Shown here one piece after another: positions 38,211-52,164 of a stretch of DNA of 64,000 nucleotides (position 1 is the stretch's first letter; each line of letters begins with the position of its first letter). The notes under the pieces are model-generated. The model was given only the letters and a program-made list of their open reading frames with translations. It did not search any database and was not told the origin of the DNA. Location of the stretch: the NCBI RefSeq assembly GCF_009834535.1, contig NC_045696.1, forward strand, positions 81,160,001 to 81,224,000, written 5' to 3'. This DNA is from Camelus ferus (taxonomy: Eukaryota). The position numbers were made by a program, and so were the translations under genes.

Positions 38211-40164
38211 AATTTGTTTCTTCTGTTTTTTTCCAGAGGATTCTGGGAAGTGTGCAAAAGGAATACAGTTTATCTTCGAGGCAGTGAATGATGATAAAAT
38301 GCCACATAAACACCTTGCACAAAACTATTTGTATAATGTCAATTGGCAGAAAAGCTTCTGATTATATTTTATGATATGAGTTTTCCTTCCCTCATATTAC
38401 AGAGATTTGGGTGAGAAAGTCACTGAATTGAAAAAAATTTCTCTGCTTTACTGTCAGAACATGCTTTTCAATTTGTGAATAAAGCTTGCCATGTATCCCT
38501 CCATTACATTCTCATCACGGCCCCCCCTTCCCAAATTTTAATGAGTGGTGAGTGGATATTAGGGTTTGGGGTCACTTTGAGTTGAAAAAATATACACATT
38601 TAAGGAAACAGTTCATGATAGTTGGATGATACTGGGCAGAATACGTGTTCCATAAGTGCCTGATATAGTCCTGGAAGAAAATAAAGAAGTAGATATTTTT
38701 GCTCTTTGTCTGTGGCAGTTATTCTGAAGGTCGGCATCAGCATTTTTTTCTCTGCTTATCAACGTATAAAATGAGGAACTAGTAAATTTTGTATTATAAT
38801 GCTTGAAAAGACAGGCTTTGTATATTAAATATTAATATGTAACCAGAGATTGCTTAATAATAGTGTAGAACAGGAAAAGGAATTGAGAAAAAATTCACAC
38901 AAAAAAGTAAAAGAAATTAAGTGAAATCCCTTACTTTTAATCCTGGCTATTTATGTCACTCTTCTAAGCTTAAAGCATTTCCTCTCAGTAACCTGAGTTC
39001 CCTTAAGTAACTCTCATTTCCCCTGGTGAAGTAACTTTATTTGTATCGTTAAACTCATCCTGAAGGGAAAGACAGAGTTTGTGATATGGAAAGTCCAATT
39101 CGATTCCATCTTTAGGAATGGGTGATGGAGGTTCCTTCAGAAGAAGTCTCACCTGCCGTGAGGAACGTCTTCAGTGAGACTCAATGTATTGTTGAATGGA
39201 AAACTCGAACTTTGTCCCCTGAGGAGAGGCATTAGTTTACGAGGAATATTTATTAAGCACCTATTCTCGTAGGTGGGGAGTGGTGACATCAAACCCCAAT
39301 CTTTTTTCTCTCTTCGCCTTCAAGCAGGTCAGAAGCAGATTTAATGCACTGTAAGTAGGAATTGTAGCTTTGCTATCTTGCTCATTTGCTTCCCTTTTTT
39401 TCTCTCTCTCAAATTTTTAATTTCTAAATTTATAGTCCTATATTTATTGATTGATTCAGCCATCAAACTTATTTTCTGTGCTGGTAATAAGGGAAGGAAA
39501 ACAACTATAAGTCTCACAATTGTGGTGGGTTGAAACCCTATAAGCAAAAACTACAGGTCAATGAAGGCTATATTCCACCAAGCCCTGAAGCACTGCCTGT
39601 CGAGGGAGAAGACACAGACCAGACCCAGCACAGGGCTGGGCATGGGAACCTTTTAGTTTGCCAGGCAGCGAGCTATGGGAAAGCCATTACAGGAGAGACA
39701 GTAGTGTGTATCTTTGGTGATAGATCACTTCACAGTTTAAAAAGAGCAGATAAGTTGTAAATAGTAATTAAAAATGGGTAAAGAAGTAAAGGTAATCATT
39801 ACAAAGGGAAGAAGTTAAGTAATTGGCAAGGAGCTATGTGGTTAAGTGTCTCATTGAGAGACTGTGTTGATAGGATTTCAGAAAAGGATTTATATGCAGA
39901 AACAGAATGGAAGAACAGTGGGTAGAAAATTAGATGAATGCCTTCTCCCCAAGAGGAGAATCAGCAAACACAATTCCGGGCAAGGAAAAAGCCCGACCAC
40001 TGGCAAGAGCTGGAGATCACTAGAATTCTACCACTTAAAGGAAAAATTTAAGGATGTTTACATTTTTTATTTTTAAACACCCAGCTGCTTGTGTGACACC
40101 ATGTTACAAAGTTATTACTTATTTAGATTCTGAATGAAAAGGCTCTCTTAATAAGACTCTTAAC

Positions 40165-40535
40165 CCCTTATAAAATTTTGGTTTCAGAGTCCTTTTACAT
40201 TCTTTAAAGTTACCGCAGACTCCAAAAAGCTTTTGTTTATGTGGGTTATGCTTATCAAAGTTTATTGTATTATCAAAAAATGGGAATTTATAAAATATGA
40301 TGAGGCTTTTTTCAAGTACAAGAATATAAAAGTACCCATTTCATTAACTACAGAGTGATGGTGTCATCTGGATGCATGTAGCATCTGGAAAACTCCACCG
40401 TACAAACATGGAGGACGAGAATGAAGAAGGCCAGTTACAGCACAGTACTACTGGAATGATCCTTTGACTTCGTGGACCCCTCCTGAAAGGTTCTCAGAGA
40501 CCCTCCGCTGTCCCCAGACCACTTTGAGAACCGTT
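40165..40535 (-). mobile_element. Charlie1-derived hAT deletion derivative
   Basis: aagcttttgtttatgtgggttat, catgtagcatctggaaaactccac, and tttgacttcgtggacccc..gaccactttgagaaccg. Confidence 0.75.
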
Positions 40536-43500
40536 CTCCACCATTGACACAATAGCTGTATATACTCAATTTGAGATGATTGTGCTAATTCAGTAAACTA
40601 TCATTCACTTCTTTTTCCAGAATGAACAACTTTGTATAAAGGATTAAAAAAGAAGGTTGAATTTCACAAATTGCTTTGTGGTCCAGAATTGGAACTGCTG
40701 GTAGTGAAAAAGAAAGAAAACTCACACCACCAACAACAGAGAAAATCTGATGGTTGCTAACTTCTCAATTGTTTTTAAGCATGCTAAGTTAGATCTATGA
40801 GTCAGTTGAGTGAAGAGAAGGTATTTTAGTCATATACTATAAAGAACTTCCTGACCCTTGGAGTAAGTGAACGTGGAATGTGTGTGTGGTCTCCAGACGT
40901 GGGGATATTTAAGAAGCGCCCTTCCCTCGAAGTCCTGGTTTACATGGATGAGCCTGGAGGCGGGGTTTGGATTTGATGACCTTGGCCTGCCCAGCACTTC
41001 CAGCTTTCCGAGTTCTCCCCCGAGAGATAGCCCAGAATAGCAGCTGCCATAGGCTACCCCCTCACCCAGGCACCAGCATAAACGTCTGTGTCTGAATAGT
41101 TCAAAGGCCAAAGGAATGAAATAGAAAACAGGGGGTTTGGAGGCTTATATAAAGGAAAGTTTGGTGTTAGGGCAGATGTTTTTGACACTAGCTGCCCTCT
41201 TTCTAGTTGACCTCTGATGGTGGCCATGAATCCCGTTGTCAGTCTTCCTTCTGAAGATGCACAGATGACCCTCCGCAAATAAAACATGCAGTGCACGGTT
41301 GACTTTGTCCCCAGGGCCGGTGTCTGCCAAATCTGCTCAGTCAGTTCAGTTCCCGTTGTTGCTGCCAGCTCTCCCCATCACCACGACAGCAGAGCACGCC
41401 TGCCTTCTCTCTTTAAAGAGTTTGTTATTTCAAGAAAAGCTGAGCATGAATTGCTGGGAATCACTGCTGCTGGGTCTGACCACCGAGAGCAAATTTTCCC
41501 TACTGGTTGTTTTTCTTTCCAGCTTCCTGGGCTTTGGTGGTATTTACATTTAGGTCCTGTCGTTTCACTGTTTCATGAAAATCCACTTGAGTGAGACACT
41601 TGGCATCCAAAAATAAGATTTTTTGGGGGGGGTTCAAATTGAGCCCAAACATCTAACAGTCTCACCATTGATCACTGAAAAGAAGAGATTTTTAAAAATT
41701 TCATTGGCTTATTTTTTCTGTTTGAAGTCCGATAACAAGTCATTTAGCACTCCCCGAGGGGCACAGCTGCATCTCTAACCCGTCTCCTTACGTTCATGTT
41801 GCTTTCTGCTCCACACTCTTATACCTGCCACGCAGAGCTGTTGAAAGAGTTGTGGATGAATTTCCAAATGAAATATTTGCTTTAATGGGTAAGGATCTTC
41901 AACTGTTCTCACAATCAGCGTGGCCTTATTCTTAGCGGTCTGGTTGAGGAGAAAGAAGGAAAACTTACAAATCCTATGTGCTGTGTAATGTGTAATGGCC
42001 ACACCGAAGCAGGGTCGCATTTAGCTATCTAAGACCACTGTCTATCTTTGTTGACACTGTTCCCGAGTCACTGTCTTACGTAAGCTTGCCCATGGCCCCG
42101 TCCATCTGGGCTCCATTGTCATGGCTGTTCCTCTGCTTTCCCTGTAGGGCTTTCGTATTATGAAGCAGGTACTTTTCTACTGCTCCTTAATGCTCATCCA
42201 CCTGGGGCCGCCTCGCTTCCCTGCAGATGTCCCATGAAGTATTCTTCCTGTCCCACCTTTTACATAATTCCTCTTACCTCCATCCCCCTCTGGATTCCCC
42301 TCCTTTAAGGTCTGACTCAGGCCCCACTTCCTCGTGGGACCTTCCTCAGCTATGATGTGAGTCTATACTGATTGACTCCTCCAGGTCCCCTGCACAAATG
42401 CAGTCCACGCTCTACATTACCCCGCGAGTCCAGGCAGCCTCCCTCCTGGGGACGGGACCACAGGCTAGCAGTGACATTCTCCTTACCAGACGCAGGTGGG
42501 GCCAGGAAGCCAGGTACAGAGTGTTTACTCACACATGCTAGCTTTTGAAGAGTTGATCTTAGAAAAATAGTTCAATACACATGTTTGACGGCTGGGAGAC
42601 AGCAAAGGAAAAACATGTGCATTGAACCTTGGGGTGCCTACTTCTAAGCTTTTTGTGTGAAGGCTGTGCCACATAATGCCCAATTCTTGATGGAAAAACA
42701 AGCATTTAGTCATACAATCTGAATGTTTTGAAATGTTATATATTCTATATTTAGATATTTAAAAAAATAAGGACATGTGTTGGGCTATCAAAAAATATTT
42801 TACTTATATCAATGAAAAGGATATGTTTGAGTTTTACACTGATGTCACATACTTTGATACCTGAAATGTTTCACAATGTAAAGTAAAAGTTATGGTATGA
42901 AAACATCACAGATTATTAGTTTAAATAATGCTAAAGCCATACTTTATGCCAAAGACAGTCTAGAAGTTGGGAGTGGAGGCATGGAGGAGAGAGGGCTGAC
43001 TGTCTCCAATTTCAAATTTTTTCCCAGGAGTAACTGCTTTTTTATTTTACTCTATAATTGAACAATAAAAGATGAGGGAAGAGTCATTTTGATCCCGCTC
43101 AGTTTCTAGTCAGAATATGACTTTTGAGCTGTGCGATAAACAGAAACTTCATTTTACTTGACTTTATAAATTTTGTGTTGATTAGTGTTAGCTCGGCATT
43201 TTGTTATGATGTTAATACTAGACAATCTAAAGAAAAACAATCACTTTGTAAGATGGAATTGATTTTGCTTCATATAGACTTAACTGGAAAGGCTGATTGA
43301 CAATGATAAGGAAACCAGATGACCTGAGCAAGAGAGCTTTGGGCCAGATGTGGAGCAGATAGTGGAGGAACTAGAGACCCTAGGATGGAAATATCTCGCT
43401 GTCTTCTGCAGGTGGACAGGGCTTTATAAAAGGGCAGGGAGAGGGTGGAAGATGGGACCTTGAGTTGTCATTCCTTTATGTACACATCACATCTTTTAAT

Positions 43501-44106
43501 TTTTCTCTTTAGACACCAAAAGACTATTTACAAAGAGATCATGACTTTCCTTTAAAACATGAAGTATTCATTCAGATGTAGACTTCTGCCAGAATTTGAA
43601 GGCATTTGTTATCAACTATTCAGCAGAGAATTCATAATTCAAAAGGAAATGTTAAAGTCTAATGTTTAGTTTCCCGCCATAGCCAGCGTTCGGTTGAGAC
43701 CACGTTCGAGGATGTAGACACACTCACCCATGTTGTCCCAAAGTTGTCCCCACAATGTCCTCGAAGTTGGTTATTGAGCATTTCACACTACTTCAGTTGT
43801 GCTCATTTTCACAACTGAAAGCGAGTTGTCCCTTTTCTGAAGCATGATTACTTTAAGTCTAGATATAGCGGAACAGATGGATCTCGTCGGGTGTGGCAGT
43901 TGAAGCATCTTGAAGTATTTCAAACTAAGAATGCACCTCCGGGAACGTCCCATCGTTCAGTTGAGGCCACCCTGTCAGACAAGAGCTTGTGAGGCCAAGA
44001 GCACAGGCTTCATTCAAGTGGCCCCTTAGCATTTCTGATTTCTGTGACCCATGGCTGTAACCCAAGCTCAGCCAGATGCTGTTTCTTTTTTTGTTTACCT
44101 CCCACA

Positions 44107-44942
44107 TTTTTTAATGGAAAGTTTCAAATTAAGGAGATTTGTGACAATAGTATAATGCACATCCACATAATTAATTTTCACCTAAATTTACCAATTTTGC
44201 TTTGCGTCTCTTCTCATATATGTGTGTGTAAATTCACACGTGTTCTTTTCCTGAGTTATTTGAAAGTAAGTTGCAGGCATCACACTATTTCATCCCTCAG
44301 TACTTCAGCATTATCATCAAAGAACAAAGACCTGTCCCCATGTAATCACAAAACTATCAAGTACCAAGGAATTTGACACCATATAATAATGCCATTTTAC
44401 TACATAGTCCTTATTTAGATTTCCCAAGTGGTTCACATAATTATCTGTACAACTGTTTGGATTGATCGAGGATCATGCATTGCCTTTAGTTGTCCTGTTG
44501 CTTTAGTATTTTTTAATCAAGAATAGTTCTCCACTTGTTTTGCTCTTCTATAGCACTACAGTGCAGTGTTGGGAAAGTCTTCACTAGTTGTTTGGTACAA
44601 TATCCCACAACCTGTACTCGTCTGCTTGCTTCCTTATGATTAGATTCAAGTGAATTAAGTTTGCGAGAGTACCAGGCAGACAGCGTTCTGTCCTTCCTGT
44701 TGCATCACATCAGGAGCCACGTAATGTTTGTCCTCTTACTGGTGGTGCTGAGTTTGATCCCTTGGTTAAACCAGTGCCCACTAGACTTCTCCATTGCAGA
44801 GATTTCTCCTTTCCCTTTTTGTAATTAATAAGTAACCTGTAGGATAATACTTTGAGAACTGCGTGACCCACCTGTTTCCTTCCAAACTTTGACCCAGTGG
44901 TTTTGAGAATTCTTGCCTGATTACCATTTCAATGGTAGCTGA
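44107..44942 (-). mobile_element. Old L1 (L1MC5/L1ME-like) 3' UTR
   Basis: tttgaaagtaagttgcag, ggatcatgcattgcctttagttgtc, ttgcatcacatcaggag and tttgtaattaataagtaa. Confidence 0.82.
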
Positions 44943-47029
44943 AGTCCAGAACCTTTTAACTGAGCACCACTTGTTACTGTAAGAGCCAAGGAAGCCCCAA
45001 GAAAATAGAGCTTCAAGGTATTAAAAGCGCCAAGGCACTGATTGACCAAACAGATATCCTGTTCGCCTTTGTACCCTTTCTGCCTAGCATCGTGCATGGC
45101 ATGAAGACCTAGATGAACGGTCTTGGTTGAGATGGTAATAAGAAGGATGACACTTGACTATTTCTTTTTAATTAAATATAACATTTTCTGCTTAGAAAGC
45201 TAGTTCTTCCTTTCAGGAAAGCATGGCTGTGTGAGTGCTTTATTAGCGTGCACTGTGGTTTTTAGCAGCGTTTCTCCCATCACCATCATTTTCACTGAAA
45301 GTACAAATTTCTACTTACCATTCTTCTCCCAGAATCATCTTTAAAGCAACATACATCCAAGCCCTCTAAGAAAATAATGTCTCCCTCGCAGAAATAATGT
45401 GAGGTATTTTTCCCCTTTCTCTTCTTGAGAAGGTCTCTCCCTTACAACCATCAAAATATTTCACGTTGGTTTTTACTCCCAATAAGATATTTGTAAACTT
45501 GAGACAAGCAAAACTATGCGACCCTTCTCTGGTATCACAGGGCATGGCCGTGCTGTGTAATTACCAACAGAGAGTGCTGTGCGTGGCTGTGCCATTTTAA
45601 TAAAGACAGCAGGCTTACCCGTCACAGTTACTATACCTCTCTTCACTTCCAAGGACTCAAGCCAGGGTATATTTCTGGACCTCACTGCCAAGTCAGAAAC
45701 ATTGTCTGTCTTGTAGACCTTTTGGTTTACATCTAAGGATGAATCCTGTTTATCTTTGTAAACCCTCTTTCTCACACAGTTCCTGATGCTTAGTAATTAG
45801 TAAACCAATTTGTGTCCCGTTCATGTTTATTAATATTCAGGAAACATACTGTTAGCGTCACTTTTGATAATTTAATTTGAAATTATTCATCCATGTGATA
45901 CATGTTTCTGGTTCATCAGAAATGGCAAACATACAAAACATCACAAATTGTCCCCTTGCTCATAAGGTAGTGTGTTGACTTTCTTTTATGTGTTTCACCA
46001 AAGTCCACGGCCACCACTCAGCACACTTCAGACTCTGTCACCCCATGTTGCCACCAAACATCTGAAGCTGGGCCTGGGTTGTTGGAGCTTTCTAACTTTT
46101 GTCAACCTGACGCCAACTTTATTAAAATGTTGGAGAGGCTAAAGTGCTGGGGAATCAACCTGGCTCATTTGTTTTCCACCTTCAAATTGGAAAGCTGTTT
46201 TATAGTTATGCTTGGAGCCCCTTTTCATTCTTTCAGGCAGGAGAGAGATGTCCCAGCACACAACTGTCTGACACTGAGCAACAAATAGTTATCATTAAAA
46301 GCCACCTTTAACTGTGACACGTGGTCGGGAGGTCCCCAAGCAGCAGGGTCATGGCTACAAGAGCACTTCCTACGTTGGGTCACCAACACTTTCATACACT
46401 TGGCCACTGAAGACACAACAAGCTCAGGTGGATTCAGACGTGTGTTCCTTAGACAGTGAAAGCAAGATCAGCAAGGCGTCAGCTCCCTGCCTCCCTGGTC
46501 CCACACAGGATGACACTGAACTGGAGGGAGGGGCCAGAAGACAGGTGGCACTAGTGATGGGTCATTCTGCCCCAGACGAGCCATCCCCAAATTACAGCCA
46601 AGTGGTTTTATAGACACAGAAGCCTGCAGCTGTGCCCTGCAGACTAGGGGCATGAGGTGGAAATTCTGTGCACAACTGGAATGAGGAAGATAGATGGGAA
46701 ATGGCCTTGTAGGAAGCTCCCACCAGATTAGGGAGGTGGATGAGGAACTGTCGCATGGTGGCTTCCCACAGGGCGTGGATCTCCTTTCAATTCAGGAGGA
46801 GTTGCAGGGCATCCTGCTGAAGCCCCGGATCAGACAGCAGATAAACTTTGCCCCTGTGGCCTCTGTGGAGATATGCATGGTTGCCAGGGTGCCATGATGG
46901 AGCTGTTCCCGATGAACTGCCCTTCTCATCTCTCAGTGTGGGAGGAAGTTGCAGAAATAAAGCACCTGGAGTTCTGTGAAGCTGGTTAGCTGAAAATTTT
47001 AAAATTTTGGGACTTGAAACATTATTTTT

Positions 47030-47954
47030 TTTCAGGATATCATAGATGTGCTGCAGGAACAAATAATCTCATCTTCCAATGTCTTAACATATGAAGACTT
47101 GTTTCTTACTCACTGAACACGTCCAGCAAGAGTTGGTGGTGATGGTGAATCCCACAGTCATGCAGGGGCCCAGGCTGAGGGCAGCAGCTTTGCCAGCTTG
47201 TAGATGTAGTATCTGCAACTCAAAGCCCCTATGTTACTGAGTCCAAATTCTTTCTGCTCGCCGCACGACAGGCCAATAAATCGGGAGATGAGGCGTGGGG
47301 CAAGGAATAACGACTTTATGCGGAAAGCCAGCAGACCTTGGTCAAGATGGCAGGCTAATGTCCTGAAGAACCATCTTCCCCAAGGCAGAATTCAGGCTCC
47401 TTTTATAGTAAAAAGGGGAGGGGGTGTGGTTGGTTGTTGCAGGCTTGTTGGTGTTGGAATCTGTTGTCCTTGCAGCTGTCCATGTAGGTCACCGCATGAT
47501 GTTTCTGTAAACCTCCAACAAGACAACTGTTATTCTCTGTTGTGCAACTTTTTATCTCTGTATGAATGGAAAAATGCTATACCCTTAAATGTCAGAGCCT
47601 TGAGAATGGGCTCTCCGGTATATTTCAGGTTATAGGCTACATTCTTTTGCAAAAGGTGCAAAACCAGGATGACTAAGCACAGGAAACAGAGCACAGGGCT
47701 AGAGCTAGAGGAACGGATCTAATACGGAGTCAGATTTGTTCTTCCCTATTATAGCTACAGTCACCATAGCAAGAAAAGACACAACCAGAAGAACACATAC
47801 CAGCTCTTCTACACTTCGGCCTAAAAGTGACACAAGGGACTTCTTCCCACAGCTTATTGGTCAGAAGTATCACACGACCCAACCTAACTGCAAAGAGGCT
47901 GGGAAGTGTGGGGGAACAAGTGGAATATTTAGTCAGCACGTTGTCTTTGCCACA
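47030..47954 (-). mobile_element. MLT1-family LTR split by an ERV1 LTR insertion
   Basis: tgctgcaggaacaaataatc..gcccaggctgagggcag on the left; ttattggtcagaag..cctaactgcaaagaggctgggaagtgt..tttgccaca on the right. Confidence 0.75.
47232..47753 (-). mobile_element. ERV1-class solo LTR (MER41-like, 522 bp)
   Basis: Starts tgttactgagtcc and ends gagtcagatttgttcttccctattata. Near-TSD CCTA/GCTA; minus-strand TATA box ctataaaagg. Confidence 0.82.
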
Positions 47955-50900
47955 GGCATCCATTGCCCCAAAGGCCACCTATCAGTCTGGCATAGTGCTT
48001 TTACAGGTAGGTAGTGACCCCCAAAAGTTTTTGAGTGAATGCTTTACATTTTACAAAGTGTTTTCACAATAATTGCCCAAAGAAAGAGGCAAAGAATCCA
48101 AGGTTCAGAGGAAGGGGTCTGCTCAAAACCCAGACAGCAAGTGACAGTGTTCCAACCCTCAGAAACTACATTTGGTCCATGTGTACTGCTTGGATGGAAA
48201 CTAACACACACTAGTCTGTACTGATACTGGTAGAAGCTAGGAAGATAATTTTGTACTTGTTCATATTGAATGGAAATTAAATGGTAGGTGAACACCATCC
48301 TGAATCATCAGAGACACTGTGCTGCTCTTGATACAGTTTGCATCCACCAGGGTGACCTGAGGTCTAACGTGTAAGAAGCTAAACCTCTCCGTAGTTGGAG
48401 GAAGTGAAACGGTACCAGTATTGCAGGTGCAGAATATTTTACTCTTCACGTAAGTCTTAAGTAGATATTTAATTGCTGCTCTTCAGAAGTGCAAAACAAG
48501 AGAATGTACTAATTAGAACTGTCATTATATACTTTCTTTTCCTCTGATGCTGGTATTAGCTAGTTTTAAATATATTTTTAACCTTTACTTTAGTGAGAAT
48601 TATTAAATTTTTAACATAAAATTCAAACAGATTTCTTTTTTTTCTCACTTAAAATAATTTTAAAGAGCAGATCCAGGTTAAGTTAGCTGATGAAGATATA
48701 TGAAGTAATAAAATTATATTCAGAGTTCAATTTTGCTCAAAGATGTGATGGAAAACAGTCTCTGAATTTTACATGATCTGTCAGGAGCAAAAGAGAAGTC
48801 CGTATTTTGTGGGGATACAAGTAAAAATGGATAATTTGGGGAAAAGTGTTTTGAATAGCCTTTCCCCAACGTGCACAGTTTTGACGTTACCACATGCGGT
48901 CCTCACAGGGATCACCAGTGATCAGTCATATTAATATAACTCCAGGGAAACCAGCAGTTTCTGTGGGTGTTATTGGAGCTCCAGCAGGAAGCGATCTCTT
49001 TTTTTCTCTCAGTGCATTACTTACAGAGGAAAGTTGAGGTGAGGATGAAAAAGAAAAGTATATACTGAGCCCAGAATATTGCCTTCCTTGCCTCCTCTCT
49101 GTGGGCTTGGCATCTGTGTTTTGCTCCCTCCAGATGTTGAAGAGCCAATGGGAGAAAAACGCAGTTGTGCTGGTGCCTGAAATGGAAGGCGGTACGTTCC
49201 TTCCCTTGTCCTCTCCTCCTCCCGCCTCCAGTCTCTCCCCTTTTGGAAAGGGGAGGTCTCGAGGGGCTGGAATCTCAGAGCAAACACTGAGAATGACACT
49301 AAATTATAGCTATGTCTGGATACCTAGGATCTTGACTGGCCTATAAGAGGCCAGGGCTGCGGTGAAATACACACCAGGGAATCTGATGGCTTCCTCAGTC
49401 TGAACAGCTGAAGGGGTAGAGGGGAAAAAAGTAAAGTTCTTGTTATACCAGTAACCTATGAGAACAGGGAAGCCGAAAAGAAATTGTTCTGCAAAATAAG
49501 GATAGAATTCCCAATGTGTTCTCTCCCATTTACCTCTGGAGTAGATGAGAAAGGTGTTCTGTGAAAGGACTTGGAAAATTATTTATGCTTTGGATAATAA
49601 AAAGTGTCTTGAGTTATAAAGATTTCAAACAAGCATGAAAGTAGACAGTTACTTACACCTTAGCCATCTTCAATAAATTATCAATATTTTGCCCATCCTG
49701 TTTCACCTATTCTGTCACCCCCACCCCCCACCCTCTTGCATTTTTTGGTTGGAGAATTTTAAAGCAAATCCTAGACAGGATGTGGAACAACTGAGTCCAG
49801 ATCTCATAGGTAGCAGTGGTGCGTCCAGGACTCCAGCCTCCGCAGCCCGGCTCCAGCACCCGCACTCTGCGGGGGCAGGAAATCCAGCTGAGAAGACCAC
49901 TTAGATGGCGTTGCTCTTAAAATCAGTGTAACACATAAACAAACAAAACCTTCCAGGGTGCCGCCAAACTATCTTTGAATCTAGGTGCTCCATACATTTT
50001 CTTTAAAGGATGGGAGTGTGTGGAGGGTGGGCTTAGGATTCAGGATCAGAAGCCTTCTCCACTAGCATCAGTCACATCTGAGTGAAGGCCAGCATCCAAG
50101 GGTTCCGTCCACTGTGCTCCAACAAGTGTGAGGGGTTGACTCTTTAATTACAGCGTTTTGGGAATGAGCAAAGTTTTGACACTTACTGTTCTTGTTAGTT
50201 TAAAAATCTACTATTTTTAAGGAAGATGTAGGACACAATTTAAATGACGGCGAATGTCTCAATGGTGCCTAATCAATAATTTGAATTTGATTCAGATGCA
50301 TTTACTGAGCCCAAGCAGAGAACTCACACCCTGAATTAGGTCCTCTGTGGTCTGTGGGGGTCAAAGAAAAATCCTGAGGAGGGGCATGTCCTGCTTTTAA
50401 AGATCCAGTACCCCTTCTTGCATGAGGGAGGGGTCAAATCAGAACAGGCCAGATACCCTAGAATTGGGATTGGTGGAGTGACAGCGACCCTGTCGGGCAG
50501 GTCCCACCATCATCAATGGGGCTCCCTCCCTCCCTGGTCTGAGGCTGCCCAGCCAGGAGCTGCAGTTGTGGCATCTTCCCAGGCCACACTGGAAATAACA
50601 TCATAGACTCCAGGAAGCCACAGGGTAAAATGTTCTTAATTTCCCTGGAGGGAAGGAAGGAAGGAAGAGCTTTCAATTAACACGAACACTGGTTACTTTT
50701 TCAGGTTAGCTAATTGGACTCTCAGAAAGCAAAGATTTTGTGGAGATAGTGAGACAGGATTAGTAAATTGTGATTACGAAACTGCTAGGAAGACAAAGCC
50801 CAGGGCACAAGAGCCTTGAGCAGCTTGGAGCTGGACTGAGTACCCCAGGTTCCTCCTGTGTGGGGAGAAGTCTGCTGAAATGGGCAGAACACTTCTGAGG

Positions 50901-51094
50901 ACTGTCTGTCTGTCTCTGCATTTCTTGGATGGAGGCTTAACACTGGGGGCTGGAAGGTGAGCGGGGAGCAGAGACATTCACATCTAGAGCCATCCTTACA
51001 AAAGGGAGGTTTCTGCGACGGGACGACTCACTCCTCCCTTCTGCTTTGAAGGAATATCAGCTCATATGGAGTTGCCCACACTCTGCAGTTTCCC

Positions 51095-51475
51095 AAGCTT
51101 TGTGCTTACCAAAATCTCTTTCCGTGAGCATAGAATTAGACCCATTTCCTAGCTTCTCAGAATTAAGTGTGCTCATAGACTGGATTCTAGCCAGTGGATT
51201 GTGAGCAGAAAGATGTATATTTTCTCTAAGCTTGGCCAGTAAAAACCTCCCATACTCTCTGACATGCTTTTTCTCTCTCTTCCCTGACTACTGTGTTGAA
51301 GAAGGTAGAGATTTTGTCACTCCTGGACTCTGAATGATGTGGACAACTACCATGGATCAGAACATCCAGGTGGAATTTTTATGAGCAAGAATTAAGTTCT
51401 GCTGTGTTGAGCTACTGAGATTTGGGAAGTGGGGCAATATCTGTTATAGCAATGAGAATTATCCACTTTACTACA
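51095..51475 (+). mobile_element. MLT1J-like MaLR LTR
   Basis: ttctagccagtggattgtgagcagaa, taaaaacctccc and tgtgttgagctactgagatttgg..tgttatagca. Confidence 0.7.
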
Positions 51476-51499
51476 AATCTTTTTCCTATTCTTATGATG

Positions 51500-51925
51500 A
51501 CCAATACTGACATTTATTATTTTAAAACCAATTCATTTTGGTGAATTTGATTTAAAAATTAAACTTTATATCATTATCACAAGTGAAAAACAGTATCAAC
51601 AAATACATGATAACTCTAAAAATATATCAAGTGAAAACAAAATAATGTTATTTATTTCTAGCTAGATGCTGTTGCCTAGCGAAGGTTCTTCACAGGAGAC
51701 CTCCTGTCTCTATGTTTGAAAGGGTAGAAATTAGCCACCATTAGATAGGTGTGGAAGGTATATTAGCACCAAACTGAGATTTATTCCTTGACAGAATCAG
51801 AAGAGTTGAAGAAGAATTAAAATAACTTTCCCTTGGTGTGATTCAGTGCTATTTAACGTTGTATCTCAGCCACCTGAAGTCTTCTAGTTTACCAGCAATA
51901 CACATCCTGCTCTTAGGAAACAAAG
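51500..51925. mobile_element. MER113-like hAT-Charlie element
   Basis: ctagctagatgctgttgcct..gaaggttct, tagcaccaaactgaga..ccttgac..aatcagaag and gtgattcagtgctatttaa. Confidence 0.7.
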
Positions 51926-52164
51926 ACTTACGAAGTAGAGACCAGATATGAATAAAGGCTTGAGAATGTGTTGAAATATGCAATAGAAGATGCTCATTGG
52001 CCATGGTAGGAAGAGCCAACATGACATGACTCTTGTAGGGGTCGAGTAAAAGGAGATTGAAGTGGACGCAGAAAGACTTGGCAGCCTATGGTTCACCAGT
52101 TAAAGTTTGATTATATAGATATATTTTTTAATTGAGATATTTCTTAAAAATTGAGAGATTTTTA

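Noticed and set aside
43792..43819. 10-bp perfect inverted repeat with an 8-nt loop (ttcagttgtg/cacaactgaa)
   Set aside because: Too short for a pre-miRNA and expected by chance when spacer length is free.
47231..47635. 134-aa ORF
   Set aside because: Entirely within the antisense strand of a solo LTR.
49895..49912. CTCF-like ccacttagatggcg in a small CpG-rich patch
   Set aside because: An extra base breaks the consensus spacing, and the patch is too short to be a CpG island.
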